64,000 nt of DNA from Paramoeba atlantica (GCA_977017575.1 CDRNVI010000012.1:868001-932000), one strand, 5' to 3'; shown: positions 16,526 through 27,106, counted from the first letter of the stretch. Made by a program: numbers and translations. The notes: generated from the sequence alone by a model not told the origin.

Positions 16526-18925
16526 TTGGAGCAAGAACCAACTAGAATAGCATTTACAGGCTTTGAAAAAGAAGTAATTAAGAAGTTTGAAGTCTCCACA
16601 AATTCTTGTGAATGGCTCACGGTACAGAAAGATATTTCACAACGAACCTCGGTTCTAATCTGTGCTTGCGTAGCAACTCATAAATATGTTTACGCAGTGA
16701 AACATAAGATACCATGCGTTCAGAGGACTTGGCTAACCGAGTCCGTTCGAACGGGATACCCCTTGCATTGTATCGAAAAGTTCATGGTTCCTCCACTACA
16801 TGGTCTGCGAATATCCGTAACAGGAGGATCTCAAAGACAGAGGGAAGAAGTAGCGACGAAATGCGTGCAGGCAGGTGGGCAATTTTCAGCCAACTTGGAT
16901 AAATATGTCCATTGTCTTATCATACTTCAAAAGAGCGAAGCGGGACGTATTCAACAAGGGCCAAAAATAGATTTTGCAAAAAAGTATAAAATTCGTACGG
17001 CGAATTTAGAGTGGCTGATACAAATTATTGCGCAGGGTTACTGGAACGACACCGTGTGCGATCAAGATTCCGCGCATGCTTCTCACTCTGTTCGTATGCT
17101 TTCGAATTCCCCTGAAAACTCCACTTTAAAAGTACAATCGCCCACCACGAAGGAATGTTACTTGAACGACTTCTTTGTATGGTTTCTAGGCGAACTTCCT
17201 TTACATTTTTCTGGCACAAAGGAAGCGACTGGATTTGTGCACGATAAGGTTCTATCTTCACATACAAATATCATATGCCTATCTGGGGTGAAACTGAACG
17301 ATCTGGATGTGTGTAATGCATTTCAACGTGTAGACCCAGAGTTTCGTCGCTTCGCTATACAACTGTGGTTAGAGGGAAAAGCGACCCTTCTACACTGGTC
17401 GTACTTTTTGCTATGTGCTTCATTAAAATCGAAGCAAGATTTAGCCATCTATACAATCCCTCCATGCCTGCACTATTTTGAAAGAGTCATAGGATTGCAT
17501 TCTTCAATTTCTATTAAAGAAAAACAGGAATTGGCCATTATCGTTGAGCGATTGAACGGTTGTGTGCTGTTTATGGATTTCATGGAACCTGGTCCAGACG
17601 ATGGTGTCAATGAAAACATAGAAAATATATGCAGAATATCATCTCATCTTATTGTGCGTCAGGAGGACGACTTGACCTCGGGTAGGCGTATTAAAAGCCT
17701 ACCAAAAAATCATCCCACGCCCATTTTTGCTTATGCCAGCTGGCTTCGAGATTGTGAAATCCAAAACAAATGGATGGAACCGCGCAAGGAACATTTATAC
17801 CCAACGGAGAATTTTCAGAGGCCACTGCGACCGATGCTAGAATCAGCAGCTTATATGCGACAGCCCTCAGTTACATCTACAAACAACTCCTTTACACCCA
17901 CGTCCCAAGACCCTTACAAGCACGATCTCAAAAGAGAACGATCTGACACCTCCTCAACTCAAAACTTCCACAACGAAACAACTCAACCGGATCGATCCGA
18001 CGAAATCCTTGCCTTGTTTTCGCAACGTTGCAAAGCCCAACCTCCACAACCTCAACCCTCTCCCCCCCCTCCCACCTCCACAAACCCTCCCCTGCGCTAC
18101 TCTTGCCTCCATCGTACCTTTGTACCCCGCCACCTCGACCCCACCCCCACCTCCCCCCTCTACGAAAGCCAACGCGTCATCTACAACCACAACCCCTCCC
18201 CCTCTCCCCCTCCCCCCTCCCCTCCCCCCCCCTACCGCTTCCTGCTCGGCCACAAGGACCCGCGGCAGCGCTCGGCCCTCATCGCCCACATCCGCGCGCT
18301 CCCGGGGGCCACCGTCGTGGGGTCCGTGTCGTCCTGCACGCACTACCTCCCCCCCCGCGCCTCCAGGTCCGAGACCTTCCTCTCCTGCATCGCCTCCGGG
18401 AGGTTCATCCTGCGCCCCGCCTTCCTCACGGAGAGCGTGCGGCACGGGGCGTGGCAGGACCCGGGGGGGTATGAGTGGGGGGTGGGGGTGGAGGGGGAGG
18501 GGGAGGAGGGGGGGGTGGGGAGTATGACCACACAGTCACTGCTGCTTCAGGCGTGTCGAACGTGGCGACTCCGGGGTGGGGGGGCGTTTGGGGGGTGGAG
18601 AGTGGTGTTGGTGATGAGGGAGGTGGGGAGGAGGAAGAGTTTTGGGAATGTGTTGCGACGGGGGGGTGCGTCGTGGGTGGGGGAGGTGAGTCCAGAGGAG
18701 GTGGAGAGGGGGGAGAGGTTGTGCGAGTTTGAGAATCCGAACTATGTTATCTATGATGATGGTTTGGATGAGGAGGAACAGCGAGCGATGTATGGTAAAC
18801 TCCGGGGTAGGACGAAGAATTCGTCGCATGTGCGCTTGGAGTGTATTATTTTCGTATTGACCTATCCGGATGAAGTGATTCCAGGGGCCTTGCGCGTGAA
18901 CGGTCGTAGTCATAAATTCAGGTGA
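16526..18925 (+). CDS. TOPBP1: TOPBP1/Rad4/Cut5-like multi-BRCT protein (start codon unresolved)
   Basis: N-terminal BRCT pair (VPPLHGLRISVTG); C-terminal BRCT7/8 pattern CTHY...RSETFLSCIASGRFILRPAFL.ES...GYEWG and GAFGGWRVVL...R.KSF..VLRRGGA. Confidence 0.85.
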   Translation: MEQEPTRIAFTGFEKEVIKKFEVSTNSCEWLTVQKDISQRTSVLICACVATHKYVYAVKHKIPCVQRTWLTESVRTGYPLHCIEKFMVPPLHGLRISVTGGSQRQREEVATKCVQAGGQFSANLDKYVHCLIILQKSEAGRIQQGPKIDFAKKYKIRTANLEWLIQIIAQGYWNDTVCDQDSAHASHSVRMLSNSPENSTLKVQSPTTKECYLNDFFVWFLGELPLHFSGTKEATGFVHDKVLSSHTNIICLSGVKLNDLDVCNAFQRVDPEFRRFAIQLWLEGKATLLHWSYFLLCASLKSKQDLAIYTIPPCLHYFERVIGLHSSISIKEKQELAIIVERLNGCVLFMDFMEPGPDDGVNENIENICRISSHLIVRQEDDLTSGRRIKSLPKNHPTPIFAYASWLRDCEIQNKWMEPRKEHLYPTENFQRPLRPMLESAAYMRQPSVTSTNNSFTPTSQDPYKHDLKRERSDTSSTQNFHNETTQPDRSDEILALFSQRCKAQPPQPQPSPPPPTSTNPPLRYSCLHRTFVPRHLDPTPTSPLYESQRVIYNHNPSPSPPPPSPPPPYRFLLGHKDPRQRSALIAHIRALPGATVVGSVSSCTHYLPPRASRSETFLSCIASGRFILRPAFLTESVRHGAWQDPGGYEWGVGVEGEGEEGGVGSMTTQSLLLQACRTWRLRGGGAFGGWRVVLVMREVGRRKSFGNVLRRGGASWVGEVSPEEVERGERLCEFENPNYVIYDDGLDEEEQRAMYGKLRGRTKNSSHVRLECIIFVLTYPDEVIPGALRVNGRSHKFR
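17850..18800. other. C-rich to G-rich skew-switch island (switch ~18445)
   Basis: C-runs 18050-18430, G-runs 18460-18730, inside TOPBP1. Confidence 0.9.
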
Positions 18926-19181
18926 CGTGCAAGGTAGAGTATGAACGCCGTAGTCGCATGTAAACACTATGTAAGTTTTTTTTCTTCATTTGGTTTATTT
19001 GAGGAGGAGTGTTTTCATAGTGTCTAACGTAGTGTATGGACATGCTCGCGCAAAGAAGAAGTACAGCAAGATCTGCATAAAAACGCGCATAAAACTCGAT
19101 GAAAAAAAGCATTTTCATATTTTTATTGGAAATAATGAAAAGGAATACTTAGCCTACATCAAAATATCTGACACCTATTAC

Positions 19182-20408
19182 ATGGCAGCGAGCTTATTTC
19201 TTGAGTACATGCGACGCAGAGCGCATGTACCTTTTTCTATTGAAGAACTCTATGGAAGAGTAAAAGAGGAACGGCGAGAGGCAATGAAGCTCGATGTAGA
19301 ATCAATTAAACGGGATCTCGGTAGAGTGCTACGCCACCTTGTGGTTTCCTATCCATGGCAGTGGAAGTGTGTAGATACCTCAAGAGAGATGTACATGTAC
19401 GATCCACAGCGCATACGAACACGACAGGACCTACTAAATGCTCTTCAAGAGATTATGCAAAGTATGAAATCTGTAGAGCCCTCTGAGGGAGATGAATCTG
19501 CTTCGGGCTATTCAAACACTCGAATCGGTGTTCCTCTTGCCGCGTTCGATCTTTCTGATGCGACAACAAAGAAAATTATTCATGAAGCCTTGGAGGAGAA
19601 CGAAATATCGAGCCTAATTCCGGGAAGCAAACAGCCACCGCGTTCCACTGGTCACGCTGTAATGACGGACTCACGAGTTGAGCTTGTGCACTACAGTTCT
19701 CGGATATACCTGGATGGAAAGTCTCAGGAGGTTCGCCTCAAAATGAAGAACGTTCCGGAGAATGACTTTCTCATGACTGTCCACGTGCAGTGCTCTCTCC
19801 CCAAAGCAGTCAGCATAGCCCCGACTGTTCATGACGCGAAAAAGGGGGAAACCGTATCCTTCCTCGTGGACCCCAAAATGATCTGCGAATGTGTCCTGCG
19901 TGTTGCGGTCGACGGAGCCGAACGTCTGGTACTCCCTCTGGAGGTGCGACGCAGTAAACTCGATCCTGGGATGGTACTCTACTCCCTTAACCCCTCTTTA
20001 GGGAAACTATGTACCGTGATCGACAACGCCGCCGATCTTCCTCTTCGTCATCTCTGGCACGCCCTCCCCACCGACACCCCCTCAGGATCAGATGTATTCG
20101 ATCGTCTTCTTCGGTTTTACACAACCTCCCGTCGTGGCTCGGGGAATGCGAGCTCCTCCCTCTCTGCCCCCTCCCACCCGGAGCGTACCCGTCCGCTGCA
20201 TCTCACCAATGCGCACATGCGACATCTCGGGTACGACTTCTCCAAGCCCTGCGGGTTACATACGGACCCGGACGCGTCCCGCCAGGACCGCGTGGAGGCG
20301 GCGATCCAGCAGGCCGAGGTGGAGATACGAAAAGAGTCCGACCCGAGTCGTCGGAGTTACCGGAGGAAACGAGCACGACGGGTCGTGGAACCTGTACAGC
20401 AGGGTTAA
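19182..20408 (+). CDS. Hypothetical protein
   Basis: Long ORF; first ATG at 19182; weak skew island at ~20040-20410. Confidence 0.7.
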   Translation: MAASLFLEYMRRRAHVPFSIEELYGRVKEERREAMKLDVESIKRDLGRVLRHLVVSYPWQWKCVDTSREMYMYDPQRIRTRQDLLNALQEIMQSMKSVEPSEGDESASGYSNTRIGVPLAAFDLSDATTKKIIHEALEENEISSLIPGSKQPPRSTGHAVMTDSRVELVHYSSRIYLDGKSQEVRLKMKNVPENDFLMTVHVQCSLPKAVSIAPTVHDAKKGETVSFLVDPKMICECVLRVAVDGAERLVLPLEVRRSKLDPGMVLYSLNPSLGKLCTVIDNAADLPLRHLWHALPTDTPSGSDVFDRLLRFYTTSRRGSGNASSSLSAPSHPERTRPLHLTNAHMRHLGYDFSKPCGLHTDPDASRQDRVEAAIQQAEVEIRKESDPSRRSYRRKRARRVVEPVQQG

Positions 20409-21066
20409 GGAAGTAGCGCAAGAACAAGCGGTTTGTACAGTATGTAAAAGGTCAAAACCTGAACCGTTCACGGTGTTTTCCGTAGTTTTCGTACTACAGA
20501 AGACGAAAACTTATGCGCTGGACGCATTGATGAAAAAGGCATGCAAAGCCGTGGAGTACTACTTGGACGTCCGCTCACTGCGTACCTTTGACGACTGTGG
20601 AATGAGATTATTAAGGTCCTGTGGACGGTAACAGGGCCACGCAAGGAAGACCCCGCGATCTGCTTTTTGTCATTTTGCGCTGGCCATTGCAGTGGCCATC
20701 TTGAAAGATAATGCACAGACACCCTTCACGGAACAGTAGACCGGAGGGATAAGGTAGTCTGCACCCAACCTAAAAATGTCCATCAATTTTATGTAGACAC
20801 TTCTTCATGTGAATCGGATCTACTATTTCTTTCCGACGGAATAGCAACTTTTACAGGCATTCTGCGCAGCCCGTGGCTTTTGCACGAAGGAATGTAGCCA
20901 AAGAACTTAAGAAAGTCATGGAAATAACAGTACAAGTTTTTGATTACATTAGAAGAAAACTTAAATGAATTATTATTCTATTCTGTATTTTATGCCTGTT
21001 TTTTATGTTTCATATTCTTCTGCAATGTACCTTTCTTCAGAAAGAGTTTTGCCCGTGAATTTGCTT

Positions 21067-21876
21067 ATGCCACTTTCATTGTGTCATTCGAAAGACGACA
21101 CAAATTCGAACTCACGATATTCTCGAGCTGGGAAAATTAGAGGGACACAATTACCTCAGGAATATGACCTTGAAAGATTTGTTACGGATATTGAAAATCC
21201 ACATTGGTCGTGGAACACCAGTACCCCGGCATGTGAGTGGGACGGGGTTACGTGTGCCAACGGTGTTGACGTGTCGAGAATTGAATGGTCTTCGAGAGGA
21301 CTTTCTGGTTCACTACGATGGGATTCACTACCACGAACAGTCGCTCGGCTCTCCGTTTCACGAAACAAACTTACAGGTTCGATAGAGTTATCTGTCCTTC
21401 CGCCAAGTCTGATATTATTGAGCCTGATGAAAAATAACTTTGCCGGCAGGTTTGATTTGCAACATTTGTCAGATTTAATGGAGAAAGTTGGGGTTGTGGA
21501 CAACCTTTTTGACGGGCCGGTAGACCTTGTTAATCTTCCTAAAAGTTTAACTGTGCTGTTATGTAACGAGAACATGTTTTCCGGTAACGTAATGCTTGAT
21601 TGTTTACCGCAGAGTATGAACTACCTTAATCTTGGAAATAATCAGCTGTCAGGTCCCCTCGATCTACAGCATCTGCCATCATCATTAAAAAGGCTATATT
21701 GCCAAAACAACTTCTTTGATGGTCTGGTTCAGTTTGACAGCCTTCCTGCGGGATTGCGCGTTCTATGTCTACGAAACAATACAGAACTACATGGTCTGCT
21801 AAGCAAACACACCATTCCTGCGTCATTAAAAGACATCGATGTGTGGGATACGAAGGTCATACAAGGGCTACCATAG
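21067..21876 (+). CDS. LRR protein, paralogue 2
   Basis: GKIRGTQLPQEYDLERFVTDIENPHWSWNTSTPACEWDGVTC cap plus LRRs; likely ATG 21067. Confidence 0.9.
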   Translation: MPLSLCHSKDDTNSNSRYSRAGKIRGTQLPQEYDLERFVTDIENPHWSWNTSTPACEWDGVTCANGVDVSRIEWSSRGLSGSLRWDSLPRTVARLSVSRNKLTGSIELSVLPPSLILLSLMKNNFAGRFDLQHLSDLMEKVGVVDNLFDGPVDLVNLPKSLTVLLCNENMFSGNVMLDCLPQSMNYLNLGNNQLSGPLDLQHLPSSLKRLYCQNNFFDGLVQFDSLPAGLRVLCLRNNTELHGLLSKHTIPASLKDIDVWDTKVIQGLP

Positions 21877-22223
21877 AGAAAGAGGGACAAGAGAATATCT
21901 CTGGTTTTCAAAAATCTCGCATTTGCGCATTTCAAAATAAAAGGAAATTTTTGAGCAAAACGGGTGAGATTTGACCATTAATTTTAGTAAGAATGGTTCG
22001 AGAATTACTGAGTACCTACTTTGGGGAGTGGGGCATTAGATGAATGGAGTGCAGTACGACCCGTTCGATGAACGGAAACGCAAATTTCTTTTCGCAAAAA
22101 AAAAGTTGATTTGAATTTCAATGAATTGTACGTATTCTATTCTGTATTTTATGCCTGTTTTTTATGTTTCATATTCTTCAGCAATATACTTTTCTTCAGA
22201 GAGTTTTGCCCGTGAATTTGCTT

Positions 22224-23033
22224 ATGCCACTTTTATTGTGTCATTCGAGGGACGACACAAATTCGAACTCACGATATTCTCGAGCTGGGAAAATTAGAGG
22301 GACACAATTACCTCAGGAATATGACCTTGAAAGATTTGTTACGGATATTGAAAATCCACATTGGTCGTGGAACACCAGTACCCCGGCATGTGAGTGGGAC
22401 GGGGTTACGTGCGCCAATGGTGTTGACGTGTCGAAAATTCAATGGTCTTCGAGAGGACTTTCTGGTTCACTACGGTGGGATTCACTACCACGAACAGTCG
22501 CTCGGCTCTCCGTTTCACGAAACAAGCTTACAGGTTCGATAGAGTTATCTGTCCTGCCACCAAGTCTGATATTATTGAGCCTGATGAAGAACGATTTTTC
22601 CGGTAGGCTTGATTGGCAACATTTTCCAGAAATAATGCAAAAATTTGCGGTTGTGGACAACCTTTTTGATGGGCCGGTAGATCTAATAAATCTCCCGAAA
22701 AGTTTAACTTTGCTGATATGTCACAAGAATATGTTTTCCGGTAACATAATGATGGATGGTTTACCGCAGATTATGAGGTATCTTAATCTTGGAAATAATC
22801 AGCTGTCAGGTCCCCTCGACTTACAGCATCTGCCATTATCATTAAAAATGTTATATTGCCAAAATAACTTCTTTGATGGTCTAGTTCAGTTTGACAGCCT
22901 TCCTGCGGAATTGCGAGTGCTGTGGCTACAAAACAACACTGAACTCCATGGTCTACTAAACAACTACACCATTCCTGTGTCATTAAAAGACATCGATGTG
23001 AGTGGTACGAAGATCATACAAGGACTACCATAG
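22224..23033 (+). CDS. LRR protein, paralogue 3 (recent duplicate of paralogue 2)
   Basis: Same cap and near-identical 5' half; likely ATG 22224. Confidence 0.9.
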   Translation: MPLLLCHSRDDTNSNSRYSRAGKIRGTQLPQEYDLERFVTDIENPHWSWNTSTPACEWDGVTCANGVDVSKIQWSSRGLSGSLRWDSLPRTVARLSVSRNKLTGSIELSVLPPSLILLSLMKNDFSGRLDWQHFPEIMQKFAVVDNLFDGPVDLINLPKSLTLLICHKNMFSGNIMMDGLPQIMRYLNLGNNQLSGPLDLQHLPLSLKMLYCQNNFFDGLVQFDSLPAELRVLWLQNNTELHGLLNNYTIPVSLKDIDVSGTKIIQGLP

Positions 23034-23256
23034 AGAAAGAGGGACAAGAGAATGTCTCTGGTTTTCAAAAATCTCGTATTTGTGTATTTACTCAAAATAA
23101 GCAAAATTTAATATGTTAAGAAATTGAGGGCAAAACGGGTGAGAGTTACCCATTAATTTTAGTTGTAAATGAAGTTTCCAAAATATTTAATAACTTCATT
23201 GTACATGTTGAGGATACTATTTTTCATTAGTATACATTGGTAGTACTGTTTATTAA

Positions 23257-23700
23257 ATGTGGCATTGTCTTGTTCTGTTGGCCTTCTTTCCGGCTACCTC
23301 AGCCGCTGAGTACGTCCCCGTCAGCTGTGCCACACCTCCTATGGAAGACTTATTCGCCCTGGAAAACGTTACCGTGACTCCGGATATCCCCGCACGCACC
23401 ACTATGGATTTTTTACTTCATGGCAAACCGTCCAGTGCCATCACGGGAGTCCAAGTCACCGCGACCAGTTCATTATGCATTACCGAGGAAACCTGTGTGC
23501 CAGTGGATACCCGATTGCTGCCCTGTGTTACCCCCACCTGTGAAAAGTTTCCTGTCGGTGTTGATCATATTGGTGTGCAAACGGTGATCCCTGCTTACAC
23601 CCCATCTGGCACCTATGAGGTAAAGTTACGCTACGAGGGGACCATGAAAGGGGATAAGAAGGAATTTGCTTGTGCGTTATACAGGTTCAGGCTGCATTGA
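23257..23700 (+). CDS. Secreted ML-domain (MD-2/NPC2-like) lipid-binding protein
   Basis: Signal peptide; F.LENVTVTPD, IP.YTPSGTYEVKL, terminal AC; conserved Cys spacing. Confidence 0.8.
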   Translation: MWHCLVLLAFFPATSAAEYVPVSCATPPMEDLFALENVTVTPDIPARTTMDFLLHGKPSSAITGVQVTATSSLCITEETCVPVDTRLLPCVTPTCEKFPVGVDHIGVQTVIPAYTPSGTYEVKLRYEGTMKGDKKEFACALYRFRLH

Positions 23701-24155
23701 AATAGGATGTGTGTTTGCAGGAACTTATACTACTTTATCCCCTATTAACATGTTGGACCGGAGAATTGTACGTAGTGGGCGCCACAATAGTGCAAATTGA
23801 GGACGTGCTCGATAGCGTATAGGTTCTTGCTTGTTTGTGTACATAATTATAAGAATTCTTTTTGTCAACGACTCAAATCAATCACGAATGAAGCTAGGTT
23901 TGTACAAAACATAATACACTCTCAGTAGTTCGTTCTCCGTTTCCCTGTTTATTATTGTTCGATTTTCTCATTGTTTTTTAAATAGAAACTGCGCTTTATA
24001 CTGCCTTGCATACATGTCGTTCACCGTTTACCAAGATTCCTCTATACATGCGTTTCATCTTACTTGATATTGGGACCTTCATCGGAATCTTTTGTTTGTG
24101 AAGAACACCATTTTCTTTATTAGTTAGACCTTTCTTCGTTAATTTCCTTACTCCC

Positions 24156-24719
24156 ATGCATCGATTTGAAAGTTACGAGTCCTTGAACGCGTATACAATA
24201 ACTATCTACGTCAAAGGAGCAAATGAACGTGATGTAGCTGTCGAATGGATCAAAGACTCTGCTGCAACGGAAATCGTGGGCTTCGTTGTAAAAATTCGGG
24301 AGAATAAGTTACCATTTACTCCACTGGCAGGAAGCGTTGATCCGGAACTTACGCACATCGCGGTAAGAAATGTAAAGGTGGAAATTACTCTTCACAAAAG
24401 TATACCTGGATACTGGGGAAGATTAACACTCCAACCAAGGGAACAGACAAATTCATCTGGATTAAATGCTCCAGCGGACACATCTGTCCGCAGGGAAACA
24501 CGTGACTGGTCAAAAATTAATTTTGAGGAAGACCCAAACACGGATATGCAAGATTTCTTGCGAAATATTTATGCACAAGGTACGGAAGAAAGTCGCAGAG
24601 CCATGATGAAGAGCTTTCAAGAAAGCGGTGGTACGGTACTTTCTACTAACTGGAGTGAAGTAGGGTCTAAAGCCGTCGACGCCAAGCCCCCATCCGGTAT
24701 GGAGGAACGAAACTGGTGA
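24156..24719 (+). CDS. SGT1: SGT1 co-chaperone (CS + SGS domains, no TPR)
   Basis: DWSK, F..IYA.G.EESRRAMMKSFQESGGTVLSTNWSEVG, PPSGME..W. Confidence 0.93.
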   Translation: MHRFESYESLNAYTITIYVKGANERDVAVEWIKDSAATEIVGFVVKIRENKLPFTPLAGSVDPELTHIAVRNVKVEITLHKSIPGYWGRLTLQPREQTNSSGLNAPADTSVRRETRDWSKINFEEDPNTDMQDFLRNIYAQGTEESRRAMMKSFQESGGTVLSTNWSEVGSKAVDAKPPSGMEERNW

Positions 24720-25834
24720 GATCCTTGAGCCTGAAATGTCCCCGTTTGTAAGTTTTTGAGCATTAGAAGAGTTCTCGTACTAAGCAGAACCAATATTCTT
24801 ATGAGTCATACGTTTCGTTGGTAGTTATATTCTTGCTTGGGGCATCCATTCTAGATTAATGTCCTGTCTCTGTTAAAGTGTATCTGTTGTATAGCGAAAC
24901 ATTGTTAAGAGCTCAGGAACTTCGTATCCGTCTGCAACTCACAAGTTTTGGTCTTGGAGTGATTTAAGCGTAGTGAACAGTCTTGCTCCACTTCTTGTTT
25001 CTTCAAAACGGAAAAACAGTGCTCAACTGAAGAAGTTAAGAAGTAGAATAGTCAGGGAGGTACCCCGTCAGGAGAGTGAAACCGCGAAAATAATCCAAAG
25101 TTTCGAAATAGCGTCTCGTCATTGGCCTAGTTGCACGCTCTAGTGTATTCTCATAAAAATGTGATCATTATAACATTGGCTCAATATTAGACTCCTAGTC
25201 ATAATAGTATTAATATGATTAGTTAATTTTAAAACCTTTATGAGATAAAGCTATAATCGTAACGATTTTGGTTTGGAGGGTGGGTGGTGTTGACGTTCGC
25301 TTCCGTACACCCCCGCTAATATATTTTTATAAACGGGTGATTTTTCGACTTTTATAATTTTCTGAATTTATAAAAAACATGCTTCGCTGTATAATTTATA
25401 AAACGTTTTTTTTCAAATTTGTATGCCTTTTTTCATTAAATCGGTCGAAAGCAGCATTTCGAAAGTATGGGAATCATCGTCGGTAAACGTAGGGATAGTG
25501 GTGACGTCAACCGATACCTCCGCAAATTAATTTGTATGAATTATAGATATAGATATAAATGTAAAAGTTTTATAATTCATGTTTATAGAAATTTATTAGC
25601 GAAGGTGTGCGCTAACTGGGCCACGGTGAGGAGTAAAAAGGTGTATCTAAACCTGTGTAAATTTCGCCAACCTTTTTCACATCCGCCTTCTGTCAGATTC
25701 TATTCAAACACGTACATGTACATGAGGATATGTAAATAGAAATAAACACAGTACTGATAACGGGAAAAGTCAAAAAGTAATTAAAATGAAAAACAAAATC
25801 AATCAACGAGTCATTTCAAGTTTATCTCTTACCT

Positions 25835-26464
25835 ATGTCACAGCAGTTTTCCGATCTTGGATATAAACAGCTCGCATATGCACTCATCGCTCTTTGCCTG
25901 GGCATTTACATTCTCTTCTTCACCAAACGAAGCGCCCTAGTCGCCGGACATGAACTTCCCACAACGTCGTCGAAACACCCTTCCAAAGTGGGGAAACAGA
26001 AGAAGAAGTCATCCCATGCGAGAGCGCCTCACTCCACGGAAGCCATGCCCTTGCAGCCACCGCATACGCCCCAGCCGGTTGTGAAAGGTCGCGGACGAAC
26101 CGTTCCGGGCCTTGGTATGGAAGCAGACGTGGTGCGGCTACGTACCACCGCGGATGTGGCCGCTGAAAAGGCAAAGCGCTCTCAGTCCGTCCGAGAGAAA
26201 GGAACGCAGGAAAAACTTGCCGAGCGTTCCTCCACACGTAAGCATAAAAAAGACAAGCCCTCGCGACTTGATGCTCGCAGTGCTAAAGCAGAATTTGAAC
26301 TTGAGATGCAACGAAAAACGCAGGAGCTTAGTTCACGAATTAATACTTTTGTTTCCCAACAGGGTCGAATCAAGCCGAAAGAAAGTGAGGCCCCCGGAAC
26401 AAGTGAGCCGGCTATCCGGGTCTCCTCTGATCTTCGACGAAGCAGTTTTACGTGGAATAGCTGA
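25835..26464 (+). CDS. Hypothetical membrane-anchored basic protein
   Basis: N-terminal TM segment (LAYALIALCLGIYILFF), Lys/Arg-rich body. Confidence 0.7.
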   Translation: MSQQFSDLGYKQLAYALIALCLGIYILFFTKRSALVAGHELPTTSSKHPSKVGKQKKKSSHARAPHSTEAMPLQPPHTPQPVVKGRGRTVPGLGMEADVVRLRTTADVAAEKAKRSQSVREKGTQEKLAERSSTRKHKKDKPSRLDARSAKAEFELEMQRKTQELSSRINTFVSQQGRIKPKESEAPGTSEPAIRVSSDLRRSSFTWNS

Positions 26465-26905
26465 TTTTCTGAACCCTAATACCCAAAATTATGGGGGATA
26501 TACAAATGACAATGTTGTTTGTGAGAGTTCGGTACAATGTAATACGGAATCTACGTCGAAATACATCTATAAATTGTTTGTCTTTCGATATCATTCCATA
26601 TAGTTTCTGCTGGTATGGAGCATAGAATTATGAAAATATTTTACAATATACGTTACTTTATGTGGTAAAAAGAATGAGATAGTATAATAGACCACCACTT
26701 TTGCCGCTCTGTCTTCTAAGCTTTTCAGCCATCATAGTTCGTTTCCCTTTATCTTTCACCTTCAGTTTGTGTACTCTTTTTTCGAATTTTTATGTTACTT
26801 TCAGGGCAACAAGTAATAGCCAAAACTGAATACTGTGGACCGTATAGTTCTTAGCCGAAATAACAATCTTTCTCCTTACTGTACTTTAAATTGCAAAAAA
26901 CACTC

Positions 26906-27106
26906 ATGGCGGTATCTGTGGACCTTGATCGCACACCTTTATGGATAGCTTCAGGGCTTCGCTATCTTGAAGAACACACTGATGCGATTGCCTGGACAGT
27001 TGTGATGTTTGTTTTGACCTTTCATGCGATGTGCGTGCCTATGATTGTGTACAACATGTACCGTCAGAACAATAGCCCTAAAAAAGCATGGCGTAAAAAT
27101 GACTAA
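26906..27106 (+). CDS. Putative small single-pass membrane protein (66 aa)
   Basis: ATG ORF after a pyrimidine-rich region; hydrophobic AIAWTVVMFVLTFHAMCVPMIVY followed by a basic tail. Confidence 0.45.
   Translation: MAVSVDLDRTPLWIASGLRYLEEHTDAIAWTVVMFVLTFHAMCVPMIVYNMYRQNNSPKKAWRKND

Larger units (their letters stand above)
20964..23163 (+). repeat. Tandem duplication of ~1 kb LRR gene unit including flanks
   Basis: ~20964-21988 and ~22120-23163 share upstream (attctattctgtattttatgcc), CDS and downstream (gcaaaacgggtgag...ccattaattttagt) sequence. Confidence 0.95.

Noticed and set aside
24156-24719. SGT1 lacking a TPR domain as a novelty
   Set aside because: TPR-less SGT1 is known in other eukaryotic lineages
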